Origin: an uncultured bacterium
GTDB taxonomy: Bacteria; Actinomycetota; Acidimicrobiia; Spongiisociales; UBA5794
Length of the DNA stretch: 64,000 nucleotides
Direction: 5' to 3'
Assembly (NCBI GenBank): GCA_963801165.1
Contig: CAWDDT010000011.1
Coordinates: 96,001-160,000 of the forward strand
Positions 1 to 11,111 of the stretch are shown here, piece after piece. The position numbers were made by a program, and so were the translations under genes. The notes under the pieces are model-generated. The model saw nothing but the letters and a program-made list of their open reading frames with translations, did no database searches and was not told the DNA's origin. How positions within the stretch are numbered: the first letter of the stretch is position 1; every line of letters starts with the position of its first letter.

Positions 1-1815
1 CCGGTGCGACAGGATGACCACCTCGGTCGGCGACCGGCCGTCTGTGGCGCCAACCACGCCGGCGATCGGAGCCAGTGGTATCTCCGTTCCTTCGTGAACT
101 ACGATCTCTCTGCCATTACTCGAGCGAATCTGGGCATCTTCGATCGGGATCATCGCATCGATGACGGCCTCGGGAATACCCCACTTCATCCCGCCGGAGT
201 CGACAATGAGCACACGCTGCAAGTCGCGCACCGTCGGCACGACCAGCGTCACCGTTGTGCCTAACCCCTCTGTCGAGTCGATGCGGATCCGCCCGTACAG
301 CGACTCGACCGCATCGGCGACGTTCGACAGACCTGCACCGACGCTGTTGAGCTCGTCTCCCGCCTTGGTCGTAAAGCCCGGGAAGAACAGGATCGGACGC
401 AGTGTCTCGACGTCGATCGAACTATCGGGGGCGATCAGACCCTGGCCTACCGCAAGCTCATGAACCATCCGGAAGTCGATACCGGCTCCGTCGTCTTTCA
501 CCACGACTTCGAAGCTCGCACCGCGCCGTGCCAGCGACACGGAGATGACCCCGGTCGCCGCCTTTCCTGCCGCCTCCCTGTCGCCGGGTGATTCGATCCC
601 GTGGTTGACCGCGTTGACGATCAGCTGGCGCACCGGATCGGAGATCTTGTCGAGCACCTGCCGGTCCACATCGAGATCCTCTGCCGCCGATATCTCAAAA
701 CGGATCTCCTTGCCGAGTTTCTTGGCCAGGTACCTGACGAGCTGGGGCAGGGTGTTGGTCATCTGCCGCACCGGCACCGCCCCGAGTTCCATGGCGTTCA
801 TCTCGAGTGCCGATGTCGCCTTCACGAGATCGGACATGTGCTCGATCATGTCGACGGTCACCTGCGTCGAGTACCTCATGTCCCCGAGCATCGAGTCGAG
901 CTCGACACGCATGCTGGCCACGTAGTTGATCAGGCGGTACAGCCGGCCGGCACTCACCTGGATCGTCTGACCCGACGCCCAATTCTCCAGGGCGCCAAGA
1001 AGCCCACCGAGATCAGGCCCGTAGACCTCCGGATCCACCATCGGTTGCACCGAGCCTATGAGCTCGGGTGATACCGATCCCGGGTCGCGGTAAGCGGGCA
1101 CCGCCGGCGACTCGACCGTGCGGGCAGTCGGCGGGGCAGCTTGCGGCACCGGCATTGGAGGTCGGGCGGCTTGGGCAGGTTCGGGCACCTGGCGAGGAGC
1201 CACCACGGGAGGTGGTTCGGGAGCGCGGAACGTGGATTGGGGTGGAGCCGCGACCGGGGGCGGTTCGGGTGCAGCCATCCTGGGCAGCTGGACGACCTCG
1301 GCAATCGGCCCGTCTGGTTCCGGATCCGGCTCTGGCACCAAATCTCGCACCTCGGATGGGCTCGGCTCCGGGGTGGCGGGCTGCGGCGCAGGAGAAGGAG
1401 CGTCGCCCCCCGCCGGCGCGGCATCTCCAAGCACATAGCCGGTAGCGCGATTCAGCGTCTCCATCGCTGCGACCATCTCCGGGCTGCCCGATCCGGGGTC
1501 GGCACTGGTAGCGCCCTCGAGCGTCTCGGCGAGAGCGACCAGGCTCCGACCCAGGTTGGGATACGGCTCGATTTCCCCGGATTTGACCGCACGCCAGAGG
1601 TCTTCGATCATCTTTCCGGCATCCGAGATCGCCTCGAAGCCCATGACCCGTGCGGTGCCTTTGATAGTGTGGCCTTCGCGCAGCATGGTGCCGGCCATCT
1701 CGCTGTCGACACCGCCTTTTTGCATGGCCTTGCCACCCTCGATGAGCCGCGCAGAACGCTCCGTTACCTCATCGAGGAACATCTGAAGAAGTTCTGGATC
1801 TGCGCTCCAACTCAC
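1..1815 (-). CDS. CheA-like chemosensory histidine kinase (partial, runs off the window)
   Basis: Manual translation from GTG at 1815: MSWSADPELLQMFLDEV...LREGHTIKGTARVMG (Hpt motif), Pro/Glu-rich linker, DPVRQLIVNAVNHGIE...DDGAGID...FFPGFTT (CheA-type HATPase), then a CheW-like segment. Not in the ORF track because no stop codon lies in the window. Confidence 0.88.
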   Translation of the reverse strand, partial: MSWSADPELLQMFLDEVTERSARLIEGGKAMQKGGVDSEMAGTMLREGHTIKGTARVMGFEAISDAGKMIEDLWRAVKSGEIEPYPNLGRSLVALAETLEGATSADPGSGSPEMVAAMETLNRATGYVLGDAAPAGGDAPSPAPQPATPEPSPSEVRDLVPEPDPEPDGPIAEVVQLPRMAAPEPPPVAAPPQSTFRAPEPPPVVAPRQVPEPAQAARPPMPVPQAAPPTARTVESPAVPAYRDPGSVSPELIGSVQPMVDPEVYGPDLGGLLGALENWASGQTIQVSAGRLYRLINYVASMRVELDSMLGDMRYSTQVTVDMIEHMSDLVKATSALEMNAMELGAVPVRQMTNTLPQLVRYLAKKLGKEIRFEISAAEDLDVDRQVLDKISDPVRQLIVNAVNHGIESPGDREAAGKAATGVISVSLARRGASFEVVVKDDGAGIDFRMVHELAVGQGLIAPDSSIDVETLRPILFFPGFTTKAGDELNSVGAGLSNVADAVESLYGRIRIDSTEGLGTTVTLVVPTVRDLQRVLIVDSGGMKWGIPEAVIDAMIPIEDAQIRSSNGREIVVHEGTEIPLAPIAGVVGATDGRSPTEVVILSHR

Positions 1816-1888
1816 GTTCGAAGCCCTTCCGGCGCCCGCATACGCTGGCTATCGTCCCGGGCGAATAATCCCTTGAGTTATTGCTCTG

Positions 1889-3457
1889 CTACTCCCACTC
1901 TATCGTCGCCGGCGGCTTCGAGGAGATGTCGTACGCCACTCGATTCACTCCCGGTACCTCATTGATGATCCGGGTGGACATCCGTTCGAGCACCTCGTAG
2001 GGGATTCGAGCCCAGTCCGCGGTCATGGCGTCTTCACTGGTGACTGCCCTGATGATGATGGGATACGCATAGGTGCGCCCGTCTCCCTGCACACCGACCG
2101 ATTTAATGGCAGGCAACACGGCGAAGCTCTGCCACAGCTCGTTGTAGAGGCCGGCTCGCTGCACCTCCTCGAGCACGATCGCATCAGCGGCTCTGAGGAT
2201 GTCGAGACGCTCTCTCGTCACCTCACCGACGATACGGACAGCCAATCCGGGTCCCGGGAACGGCTGGCGCCACACGATCTCCTCGGGGATCCCCAGCTCC
2301 TCACCAACTGCGCGCACCTCGTCCTTGAACAGATCACGCAGCGGCTCGACCAGGCTCAGCTCCATGTCGTCGGGCAGCCCCCCGACGTTGTGATGGCTCT
2401 TGATCTTGGCGGCGTCGGCCGTCCCCGACTCGATTACGTCTGGATACAGGGTGCCCTGCACGAGGAAACGGGCGTCGCTTATCTCGGCGGCCACCTCCTC
2501 GAACACCCTGATGAAGGTCTCGCCGATGATCTTGCGTTTCTGCTCAGGCTCGGTGACGCCGGCAAGCGCCTCGAGAAACCGATCCTCCGCCTTCACGTGG
2601 ACGAGGTTCATGTGAAAGTTGGAACGGAACGTCGCTTCAACCTGCTCGGCCTCGTCTTTGCGAAGCAGGCCGTGGTCGACGAACACGCACACGAGTTGGT
2701 CACCGATCGCCTTGTGCACCAGCGCAGCCGCCACCGACGAGTCGACACCACCGGACAGACCGCAAACAGCCATCCCCGTTTGCACCGTTTGCCGGACGGC
2801 CTCGACCGATTGCTCGATGATGCCGGCGTGGGTCCACAGCGGCCGGGCGCTGCACGCCTCGTACAGGAAATGCTTCAGTATCTCCTGGCCACGATCGGTG
2901 TGGACGACCTCGGGGTGGAACTGCACGCCGAAAAGCCCTCGCCCGACGTCTTCCATGGCGGCAACGGGCGAATCGGCGGTCGCCGCGATGATCGCAAATC
3001 CGGGTGGTGCGGCGATAACGGCATCACGGTGACTCATCCATACAGCCTGCTCCTCCGGTAGACCACGGAGCAGCAGCGAGCTTTCTCCGATCGTCAGAGC
3101 GGCGCGGCCGTACTCGGCGACGTCGTTACGTGCGACCCGGCCACCGAGGTTGTGGGCGATCACCTGGTGCCCGTAGCAGATCCCGAGGGTGGGGATCCCG
3201 AGCTCGAGGATCGCCGGGTCGATCGAATAGGCATCCTCGGCGTATACCGACGCCGGTCCGCCCGACAGGATGATGCCGACCGGGGCCAAACGGCGGACCT
3301 CCGCTGCGGTGATGGTGCGAGGGACGATCTCGGATAGCACGTGCGCCTCGCGCACTCTTCTTGCGATCAGCTGAGCGTATTGGGCACCGAAGTCGACGAC
3401 CAGCACCCGGTCGAAGTCACCGGCGGAGGCCTGTCCGGCCGGATCGGTCATCGTCAC
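1889..3457 (-). CDS. guaA: GMP synthase (glutamine-hydrolysing)
   Basis: [31 protein letters not shown] and KPPATIEWE motifs. Confidence 0.98.
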   Translation of the reverse strand: MTMTDPAGQASAGDFDRVLVVDFGAQYAQLIARRVREAHVLSEIVPRTITAAEVRRLAPVGIILSGGPASVYAEDAYSIDPAILELGIPTLGICYGHQVIAHNLGGRVARNDVAEYGRAALTIGESSLLLRGLPEEQAVWMSHRDAVIAAPPGFAIIAATADSPVAAMEDVGRGLFGVQFHPEVVHTDRGQEILKHFLYEACSARPLWTHAGIIEQSVEAVRQTVQTGMAVCGLSGGVDSSVAAALVHKAIGDQLVCVFVDHGLLRKDEAEQVEATFRSNFHMNLVHVKAEDRFLEALAGVTEPEQKRKIIGETFIRVFEEVAAEISDARFLVQGTLYPDVIESGTADAAKIKSHHNVGGLPDDMELSLVEPLRDLFKDEVRAVGEELGIPEEIVWRQPFPGPGLAVRIVGEVTRERLDILRAADAIVLEEVQRAGLYNELWQSFAVLPAIKSVGVQGDGRTYAYPIIIRAVTSEDAMTADWARIPYEVLERMSTRIINEVPGVNRVAYDISSKPPATIEWE

Positions 3458-4611
3458 CCCATCCCCACGTGCTGGCTCTTCTGCAGCGCTTTTCCCTCGC
3501 TCTGGAGTGCAGGTGCCACCATGACCTCAGCTTTCTGGAACTCCTTGACGTTGGCGTACCCGGTAGTAGCCATCGAGACCCGGAGCGCTCCGAACAGGTT
3601 GCGTCGGCCGTCGTTCTCGTGTGCCGGGCCGACCAGGATCTCCTCGAGCGTCCCCAACTCGCCCGTCTTCACCCTGGTCCCCCGGGGCAGCGTTGGGTGG
3701 AAAGTCGCCATGCCCCAGTGATTACCCCGGGCGGGAGCCTCGGTCGCAGCAGTGAGCGGCGAGCCGAGCATCACGGAGTCGGCTCCGCAGGCGATCGCTT
3801 TGGCGATATCTCCACCGGTCCGCATCCCGCCGTCGGCAATGACGTGGACGTAGCGGCCACTCTCCTCGAGATATCTAGTCCTGGCACCCACGGCATCGGC
3901 GATGGCGGTCGCCTGCGGCACACCGATACCGAGCACACCGCGCGACGTACACGCAGCACCTGGCCCTACCCCCACCAGAACCCCGACCGCCCCGGTTCGC
4001 ATCAGGTGCAACGCCCCTGAGTAGGAGGCAACGCCGCCAACGATCACCGGCACCGGTGACCCGGCAATGAACTTGAACAGATCGAGCGGCTCCGACCGGC
4101 TCGAGACGTGCTCGGCGGACACCACGGTGCCCTGCACCACGAGAATGTCGAGACCTGCATCGAGGGCGTGCTTGTGCCAGCGCTCCACGTTCTGCGGCGT
4201 GAGGCTCGCCGCTACCAGCACACCACCCGCCTTGATCTCCTCGACGCGCCGACCGATGAGCTCGGGCTTGACCGGCTCCTGGTAGAGCTTCTGAATGACG
4301 GCAGTCGCTTCGTCGGCGGGAGCGGCGCCGATCTGCTCGTAGATCGGCATCGGATCGTCGTAGCGGGTCCACAGGCCTTCGAGGTTGAGCACCGCCAAAC
4401 CACCGATCTTGCCGATCTTGATGGCCGTGGTCGGGCTGACGGCTGAATCCATCGCCGCCCCCATCATGGGCAGGTCGAACGTGAAAGCATCCATCTCCCA
4501 CGACAGATCGACGTCTTCAGGGTCACGGGTGCGGCGCGACGGTACGATCGCGATGTCGTCGAAGCCCCAGGCGCGACGGCCCGATTTGGCTATACCGATC
4601 TCGATTTCCAC
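3454..4611 (-). CDS. IMP dehydrogenase family protein (GuaB3 type)
   Basis: GTG start [49 protein letters not shown]; overlaps the guaA start. Confidence 0.92.
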   Translation of the reverse strand: MEIEIGIAKSGRRAWGFDDIAIVPSRRTRDPEDVDLSWEMDAFTFDLPMMGAAMDSAVSPTTAIKIGKIGGLAVLNLEGLWTRYDDPMPIYEQIGAAPADEATAVIQKLYQEPVKPELIGRRVEEIKAGGVLVAASLTPQNVERWHKHALDAGLDILVVQGTVVSAEHVSSRSEPLDLFKFIAGSPVPVIVGGVASYSGALHLMRTGAVGVLVGVGPGAACTSRGVLGIGVPQATAIADAVGARTRYLEESGRYVHVIADGGMRTGGDIAKAIACGADSVMLGSPLTAATEAPARGNHWGMATFHPTLPRGTRVKTGELGTLEEILVGPAHENDGRRNLFGALRVSMATTGYANVKEFQKAEVMVAPALQSEGKALQKSQHVGMG

Positions 4612-4668
4612 GGGATTCCTCCACGTTTGATGCCAGCTCGCGGCAGCGTAACAGGCGCCCGTACGCTG

Positions 4669-4846
4669 CGCCTGGATCACAGTTGCAGATCACAATTGCA
4701 GATTGTCGGATCGCTCGATCATCCTGACAATGCAGCGATTGCGGCGTTGAAACTCCTCACGAATTCGGTGAAAGGCCGTCAGCGGTGGCTCCGGGGCACA
4801 TTGCGGAATCGAGCGACTCCTCCTCCCCAATCCGTGGATCCAGGCG
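4669..4846. repeat. Dispersed palindromic element, family A (long copy)
   Basis: Terminal inverted repeat CGCCTGGATC...GATCCAGGCG; shares TCCTCCTCCCCAATCCG with 39268-39326. Confidence 0.65.
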
Positions 4847-4923
4847 GCGCCTGAGCCTTGTACTTTTCGTCAATGACACCGGCTATGGAATCGGTACCAA
4901 TCGGGTGGGGTAAGCTCGCGTCC

Positions 4924-6558
4924 ATGGCACTACGTACTCGCAGCCTGGACAAGCTGGATAACGGATCATTCGACGTTTTGGTAGTGGGCGGCGGCATCAA
5001 CGGCGCCGTGTCGGCGGCCGTGCTCGCCGGCCGGGGAGCGTCGGTCGCCCTTATCGACCGGGGCGATTTTGGAGCCTTCACCAGCCAGGCGTCGTCCAAC
5101 CTGGTCTGGGGCGGTTTCAAGTACCTCGAAAGCTACGAGCTGTTCCTCGTTCGCAAGCTGTGCCTCTCCCGCAACCGGCTGATCAGGGCATATCCCGACA
5201 ACGTGAAACCCATCCCCTTTCTGGCTGCGCTCGATCACGGCTCGCCCTATCCCCCGTGGCTGGCGATCCTAGGGAGCAGTGCGTACTGGGCCATTGGTAG
5301 CTTCAAGACGCACCGGCCCCGGCTGCTCAGCGTCGAGGCGATCGAGCGAGAAGAGCCGGTCATCAGCACGACAAATGTGCGCGGTGGCATCGAGTACTAC
5401 GACGCGTACCTCCGCGATAACGACTCCCGGTTCGTGTTCAGCTTCGTCCGCTCGGCGCTCGACGTAGGAGCGACCGTCGCCAACTACGTGGCACTCATCG
5501 AGGCAGAACGAACCGACACCGGGTGGCTGGTAACCCTGGAAGATGTCGACGGTGGGGGGCGTCGGTACACGTGCCACGCCAGGATCGTCGTCAACGCCAC
5601 GGGCCCGTTCATCGACGGGATGAGCAAGATGCTGGGGCTCAAGACCAAACACCGTATCGTCTACTCGAAGGGGATTCATCTGATCGTGCCTCGCCTGACG
5701 CCGAGCGAGCGAGTCCTGGCGTTCTTCGACGACACCCAACGTCTGTTTTACGTGATCCCGATGGGAAGACGCTCGGTCATCGGAACGACCGACACCCGCG
5801 TCGACGATCCGTACACCGACGCCACCAGCGACGACATCGATTTCCTGCTCGATCAGATCAATGCGCGGCTGGACCTCGATCAGCCGCTGACCACAACAGA
5901 TGTCATCGCCACCCGCTCCGGCGTGCGCCCACTCGTCGTCAAGACCAACGGGAGCGACGAGCGCGACGTCGACTGGACAAAGCTCTCCCGCAAGCACGAG
6001 ATCGAGCTGGACCACGGGCGCAGGGTGATATCCATCTTCGGGGGCAAGCTCACGGATTGTCTCAACGTCGGCGAGGAGGTAGCTGACGCCGTCGAGGAGT
6101 TGGGTGTACCGCTGGAGGAAGACACGGGAAACTGGTACGGAGAGCCGGCCCCGGCGACGAGGAACGAGTTCTTCCGCCAGGCGCGACTGATGAAACTGGA
6201 CGACCTGCGCCACAAGCCGGATGTCGAACCGTTGTCCGACCGGCTCTGGCGCCGCTACGGCCGACGCGCCTTCGAGATGCTGGACGAGATCCGTGAGGAC
6301 CCGTCGATGGGCGAGGACATCATGGAGAACGCCGACTATCTCCGCGTTGAGCTCCGGATAGCCGCCGGGACCGAGATGATCACCAAGCTCGAGGACTTCC
6401 TCAGGCGTCGATCAAAGATCACTCAGGTGGTTCCCGAGGATGTCGTCAGGAACTCCGAGGGAATCCGCGAAGTGGCCGAGATCCTGTTCGGAGCTACCGC
6501 CGACGAGCGTCTTGTTGAGTACTTCGGCGAGATCCCACCGGGCGCGACGAGTCGATAA
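4924..6558 (+). CDS. glpD: FAD-dependent glycerol-3-phosphate dehydrogenase/oxidase
   Basis: DVLVVGGGING, TSQASSNLVWGGFKYL, VNATGP, IGTTDT, SGVRPL and GGKLT motifs. Confidence 0.88.
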   Translation: MALRTRSLDKLDNGSFDVLVVGGGINGAVSAAVLAGRGASVALIDRGDFGAFTSQASSNLVWGGFKYLESYELFLVRKLCLSRNRLIRAYPDNVKPIPFLAALDHGSPYPPWLAILGSSAYWAIGSFKTHRPRLLSVEAIEREEPVISTTNVRGGIEYYDAYLRDNDSRFVFSFVRSALDVGATVANYVALIEAERTDTGWLVTLEDVDGGGRRYTCHARIVVNATGPFIDGMSKMLGLKTKHRIVYSKGIHLIVPRLTPSERVLAFFDDTQRLFYVIPMGRRSVIGTTDTRVDDPYTDATSDDIDFLLDQINARLDLDQPLTTTDVIATRSGVRPLVVKTNGSDERDVDWTKLSRKHEIELDHGRRVISIFGGKLTDCLNVGEEVADAVEELGVPLEEDTGNWYGEPAPATRNEFFRQARLMKLDDLRHKPDVEPLSDRLWRRYGRRAFEMLDEIREDPSMGEDIMENADYLRVELRIAAGTEMITKLEDFLRRRSKITQVVPEDVVRNSEGIREVAEILFGATADERLVEYFGEIPPGATSR

Positions 6559-6622
6559 CCGGGTCCCAGGGTTTAGGAACCCACGCAATCGGCCGACAGG
6601 TACCCAACCAGTGCAGGTTGTA

Positions 6623-7305
6623 ATGAAACGTGCCTTTCGAGATCCGATATTCGTCGCCCTGGCGCTGTTTGGATTGTTGGCAACGACCGCATTGACGGAC
6701 GGACGCACAACAACGAAGAAGCCGCGGCCACTCGATGGCTGGCCGAACGAGCCGAGCTGATCGAAATGGCAACCGAGGAGACCGTCGACAACACACTGAT
6801 CGATCTCACGGCCGCGGCCGCCTTTCTCGGTGCCAGCGACACGATGACCCAGGAGCGGTTCGACCGTTTTGTCGGTCGAATGGACATGAATCCGGGCGTC
6901 ATCGGAATCGGCTACGTGGCCGTGGTCGATGGCCCTGACCTCAAAGCGTTCCTCGATGAATCCCGACGCGATGTCCCTTCGTTCGATTTGCTCACCTTCG
7001 ACGGAAAGGGCGGCGTCACCGCGGACTACTTGCCGCGGCCCACGTACTACCCCCTTCGCTTTATTCACGGCGGGCCTCTGATGGACGTCATCGTTTCCAA
7101 GACATCAATCGATTCTCAGATCGAGGCCCTCGGATTCGACGTGGCGACCGAATTGGACTGGTTTCAGCAATTCGAGCGAGCAATCACCGCCCCCGGCCCG
7201 TCAGTATCCGACCTCGTCGCTATCGGTGGGCTGTTCGAAGAGCAGGCGTTTGCGGCGGCACATCCGATCCGCAACAGTGCCCCCGATTGGAGCGCACGCC
7301 GGTAG
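6623..7305 (+). pseudogene. CHASE-like sensor fragment, frameshifted and truncated
   Basis: N-terminal TM segment MKRAFRDPIFVALALFGLL lies in one frame; the CHASE-like region (TQERFDRFV..PGVIGIGYV..YYPLRFI..ALGFDVA) lies in another; no output domain follows. Confidence 0.55.
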
Positions 7306-7662
7306 CACGTGGGGACGTGGCGAGGGTTCCTGAGGGACTCCGCGGAAGTAGCGGAGATCGTGGTCGGCGACACCGCCACCGACCGGCTAGCTATGACAAC
7401 CAGGGACGCCGTCGCTGGTCGCGGGTGGTGTGAGGGGGAGAAATCCCAACTCTGCAACACGCTGATATCGCCTTTGCCACAACATATATACACGAATCGA
7501 ACGTTCTGGAACGTTCCAACGCTAGATGCTCACACGCAAATAGACATTGCGGCACATGCAATTTCCGCCTTCCCAACCGTCACGAGGTGTTGGGCCTTTG
7601 TCCCCTATGGATCCTGCTCCGAGGGCACCATCGTGGGGCCTGACACCCAACTGTGAGGACCT

Positions 7663-8196
7663 ATGAGCGACACCATGATCAGCCGTGCCGCCGAGACCTC
7701 GAGCCCCCCGGGGAACCATCCCTCCGGAGACAACCGGTTCGAGCTCGTCGACAAGCACTTGAAGCGCGGTCATTACGCCCAGGACCAACTGATCGAGACG
7801 CTGCATGTTGCCCAGGACGTTTTTGGCTATCTCTCCGAGGACCTACTCATCTACGTGGCAAGGGCGCTGCGACTCCCTCCGAGCATGGTCTACGGCGTGG
7901 CGACTTTCTACGAGCTGTTCACCTTCGAGCCGCCCGGCGACCACACGTGCACCGTGTGCACCGGGACTGCCTGCTACGTCAAGGGTGCAGACGACATCGT
8001 CCGCGGTATCAGTGAGAGATACGACGTGCCGGCCGGTGCGACCTCTGCCGATCGCAGCCTCACCCTGAAGACGGCCCGCTGCCTCGGCTCATGCGGTCTG
8101 GCGCCGGTCGTCGTCCTCGACGGCGACGTGATGAGCCATCAGACGGTCGAGGCGACCCTGGCCCGCGTTACCGGAGCCGTGGGAGGTGGCAGCTGA
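7663..8196 (+). CDS. hoxE: Bidirectional hydrogenase diaphorase subunit HoxE (NuoE-like, 2Fe-2S)
   Basis: [29 protein letters not shown]...CLGSC. Confidence 0.92.
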   Translation: MSDTMISRAAETSSPPGNHPSGDNRFELVDKHLKRGHYAQDQLIETLHVAQDVFGYLSEDLLIYVARALRLPPSMVYGVATFYELFTFEPPGDHTCTVCTGTACYVKGADDIVRGISERYDVPAGATSADRSLTLKTARCLGSCGLAPVVVLDGDVMSHQTVEATLARVTGAVGGGS

Positions 8197-9824
8197 TGGC
8201 CGCACCCATCGACCTTCACGAAGTAGCCGAAAGGGAACGCGAGGCTCGCTTCCGGACCCGTTGGCGTGTCAAAGCCTGTACCAGCACCGCATGTCTCTCG
8301 GCGGGAGCAGGCGCCGCCGTCGCCGCCATGCAGAAAGAATGTGAGAACGAAGACATGGCGCTCGAGGCCCAGGTCGTCCCGACGGGATGCATGGGTCTGT
8401 GCAGTGCCGGACCGCTCGTCAAGGTGCTCCGGCGCGGTGGCGACACCTACATGTACCAGAAGGTGACACCGGAAGCCGGGATCGAGATCATCCGCAGCCA
8501 CGTCGAGAACGAGGCGAGCGTGCCGCAATACGAGCTCGACGCCACCATCCCGTTCTTCACGAGCCAGCAGCGTGTCGTCCTCGCCAACGGTGGGGTGATC
8601 GACCCGGATCGCATCGAATCCTACGTTCTGCATGGCGGTTATCTGGCCCTCGAGAAGGCGCTGACCACGATGACACCGAAGCAGGTCATCGACGAGATGC
8701 GCGTATCCGGGATCCGCGGTCGCGGCGGAGCCGGCTACCCGGCGGCGAGCAAATGGGCGTTGCTTGCCGCAGCCGACAGCGACACCAAGTATGTGGTCGC
8801 TAACGGCGACGAGGGCGACCCCGGTGCCTACATGGACCGCACCATCATGGAGGACGACCCGCACCGGGTCCTCGAGGGCATCACCATCGCCGCCTATGCG
8901 ACCGGCGCCGACAACGCGTACATCTACGTGAGGGCCGAGTATCCCCGGGCGATCGAACGGCTCGACAGAGCGATCAGGGTTGCCCGGCGCAACCGGCTCC
9001 TCGGACGCAACATCCTCGACACCGATTTCAGCCTCAATGTCGAGGTCCGCATCGGTGCCGGGGCATTCGTCTGCGGCGAGGAGACGGCGCTGATGGCGTC
9101 GATCGAGGGCAAGCGGGGCATGCCCCGGTTGCGACCCCCTTACCCGACCGAAGCCGGGCTGTGGGGTCATCCCACGATGATCAACAACGTCGAGACCCTG
9201 GCAAACGTCGCCCCGATCATCAACAACGGGGGCAAGTGGTTCGCCTCGATCGGAACCGAGAAGAGCACAGGCACCAAGGTGTTCGCCCTCGCAGGCGACA
9301 TCGTCAACACGGGGCTCATCGAGGTACCGATGGGAACACCGCTGCGCACGATCATCGAGGACATCGGCGGCGGCATCGCCGACGGGAAAGGCTTCAAAGC
9401 GGCACAGACCGGTGGACCTTCCGGCGGCTGCATCCCGGCCAAGTTCCTCGACACACCCGTCGACTATGAGAGCCTGCGTGAGCTCGGCTCGATCATGGGC
9501 TCCGGCGGTCTCGTCGTCATGGACGAAGAGGTCAGCATGCCCGACGTCGCCAAGTTCTTCATGCAGTTCTCCATGGATGAGAGCTGCGGCAAGTGCACCC
9601 CGTGCCGTGCGGGTACCGTGCAGATGCACAACCTGCTCCAGAAGATCACCGACGGCAGGGGCACCAAACAAGATCTGCGAGATCTCGAGCACCTGTGCAC
9701 AGTGGTCAGAGACAGCAGCCTGTGCGGTCTGGGACAGGCGGCGCCGAACCCGGTGCTCAGCACCCTGGCCTACTTCCGCGACGAGTACACCGAACTGGTG
9801 GGAGCGGAGGTGACCCATGCCTAA
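8196..9824 (+). CDS. hoxF: Bidirectional hydrogenase FMN/NAD-binding subunit HoxF (NuoF-like)
   Basis: ATG at 8196 overlaps the hoxE stop; [48 protein letters not shown]. Confidence 0.93.
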   Translation: MAAPIDLHEVAEREREARFRTRWRVKACTSTACLSAGAGAAVAAMQKECENEDMALEAQVVPTGCMGLCSAGPLVKVLRRGGDTYMYQKVTPEAGIEIIRSHVENEASVPQYELDATIPFFTSQQRVVLANGGVIDPDRIESYVLHGGYLALEKALTTMTPKQVIDEMRVSGIRGRGGAGYPAASKWALLAAADSDTKYVVANGDEGDPGAYMDRTIMEDDPHRVLEGITIAAYATGADNAYIYVRAEYPRAIERLDRAIRVARRNRLLGRNILDTDFSLNVEVRIGAGAFVCGEETALMASIEGKRGMPRLRPPYPTEAGLWGHPTMINNVETLANVAPIINNGGKWFASIGTEKSTGTKVFALAGDIVNTGLIEVPMGTPLRTIIEDIGGGIADGKGFKAAQTGGPSGGCIPAKFLDTPVDYESLRELGSIMGSGGLVVMDEEVSMPDVAKFFMQFSMDESCGKCTPCRAGTVQMHNLLQKITDGRGTKQDLRDLEHLCTVVRDSSLCGLGQAAPNPVLSTLAYFRDEYTELVGAEVTHA

Positions 9825-10563
9825 CGGCCGTCACGAGACAATCACCGTTGCCTTCGACGGGGTCGAATACGAAGGATACGCGGGCGAGTCGATCCTCGAG
9901 TGCGCCCGCCGGGTCGGTGTCAACATCCCGTCGTTGTGTTTCCTCGAGGGTCTGTCGGTGTGGGGCGGCTGCCGCATCTGTGTGGTCGAGATAGCCGAGG
10001 ATCATCGGCTCCGACCGGCCTGCGCCACGAATCTCGTCGCCGACATGGAGATCAAGACCGACACGCCGCGGCTCAGGGCGTATCGCAAGACGATTCTCGA
10101 GTTGCTGTTCGCCGAAGGCAATCATGTGTGTGCGGTATGCGTCTCCAACGGAGCCTGCGAACTGCAGGACATGGCCGTGATGACGGGAATGGACCATGTC
10201 GGATACGAATACCAGGCACCGTACCGGGCCATCGATGCCAGCCACCCCAAATACGTCTTCGACGCGAACCGGTGCATCCTATGTACGCGCTGCGTCCGGG
10301 TGTGCGACGAGATCGAGGGTGCCCACGTCTGGGATGTCAGCTACCGGGGCAACCAGGCCACGCTCATCACCGAGCTCAACAAGCCGTGGGGCGAATCGTT
10401 CTCATGCACCTGGTGCGGAAAGTGCGTCGCCGTGTGCCCGACCGGGGCTCTGTTCTACCAGGGTCGCTCCGTCGGTGAGATGGTGCACGACCCGGCCATG
10501 ATCCAGCGGCTCGCCGTTGCTCGCAACCGCCACGAATGGCTCTACCCCGAGGAGACAAAGTGA
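9817..10563 (+). CDS. hoxU: Bidirectional hydrogenase Fe-S subunit HoxU
   Basis: [46 protein letters not shown]. Confidence 0.93.
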   Translation: MPNGRHETITVAFDGVEYEGYAGESILECARRVGVNIPSLCFLEGLSVWGGCRICVVEIAEDHRLRPACATNLVADMEIKTDTPRLRAYRKTILELLFAEGNHVCAVCVSNGACELQDMAVMTGMDHVGYEYQAPYRAIDASHPKYVFDANRCILCTRCVRVCDEIEGAHVWDVSYRGNQATLITELNKPWGESFSCTWCGKCVAVCPTGALFYQGRSVGEMVHDPAMIQRLAVARNRHEWLYPEETK

Positions 10564-11102
10564 CACGCGCAAGAATCGCCACCGCATGGCTGGGCGGATG
10601 CTCGGGCTGCCACATGTCGTTCCTCGACATGGACGAGTGGCTGTTCGAGCTGGCCGAGGTCGCCGACATCGTCTACAGCCCGCTGGCCGACGTCAAGAAG
10701 TTTCCCGAAGACGTCGACGTAACCTTCGTCGAAGGCGCCCTGGCCAACGAGGACAACCTCGAGCTCGCTCTCGAGATCCGCCAGAAATCGCGGCTGGTCG
10801 TTTCGTTCGGGGACTGCGCCGTTACCGGTAACGTCACCGCCATGCGGAACCCGCTCGGGGATCCGATCGAGATCATCAAGGCCGTGTACGTCGAGGCTCC
10901 GGACCGCGATGGTCAGATCCCGCAAAAGCCGGGCATCGTCCCCAACTTGTTGCCCAGGGTCCTTCCCCTGCATCAGGGGATTCGGGTCGACGCCTATCTC
11001 CCCGGCTGTCCCCCGCCTGCCGCCAGAATCCAGGCGGCCCTGGAGGCCCTTCTCGAGGGCACCCTTCCCCCGAATCGGGGCGAAGCCATTCGATTCGGCT
11101 GA
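10560..11102 (+). CDS. hoxY: [NiFe]-hydrogenase small subunit HoxY
   Basis: GTG start at 10560; [20 protein letters not shown]; short single-cluster form. Confidence 0.93.
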   Translation: MTRARIATAWLGGCSGCHMSFLDMDEWLFELAEVADIVYSPLADVKKFPEDVDVTFVEGALANEDNLELALEIRQKSRLVVSFGDCAVTGNVTAMRNPLGDPIEIIKAVYVEAPDRDGQIPQKPGIVPNLLPRVLPLHQGIRVDAYLPGCPPPAARIQAALEALLEGTLPPNRGEAIRFG

Positions 11103-11111
11103 GGTGGAACT

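Noticed and set aside
4-1965. Plus-strand ORFs in the track over the CheA-like gene
   Set aside because: Antisense shadows of a clear minus-strand gene.
4612-4900. Purine riboswitch upstream of guaB3-guaA
   Set aside because: I could not find the purine aptamer consensus; the region is better explained by repeat family A. An Rfam scan would settle it.
7499-7518. LexA (SOS) or Rex box upstream of hox
   Set aside because: Spacing does not fit GAAC-N4-GTTC, and no TTGTGAA-N4-TTCACAA-like site was seen.
8139-9818. 559-aa minus-strand ORF (likewise 44909-46489 and other long antisense ORFs)
   Set aside because: Typical high-GC antisense shadows of hoxF, glmM and others; no recognisable motifs.
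7663-10563. Complex I nuoEFG or an [FeFe]-hydrogenase
   Set aside because: Followed by NiFe small and large subunits and a maturation protease; no membrane nuo genes or H-cluster motifs.
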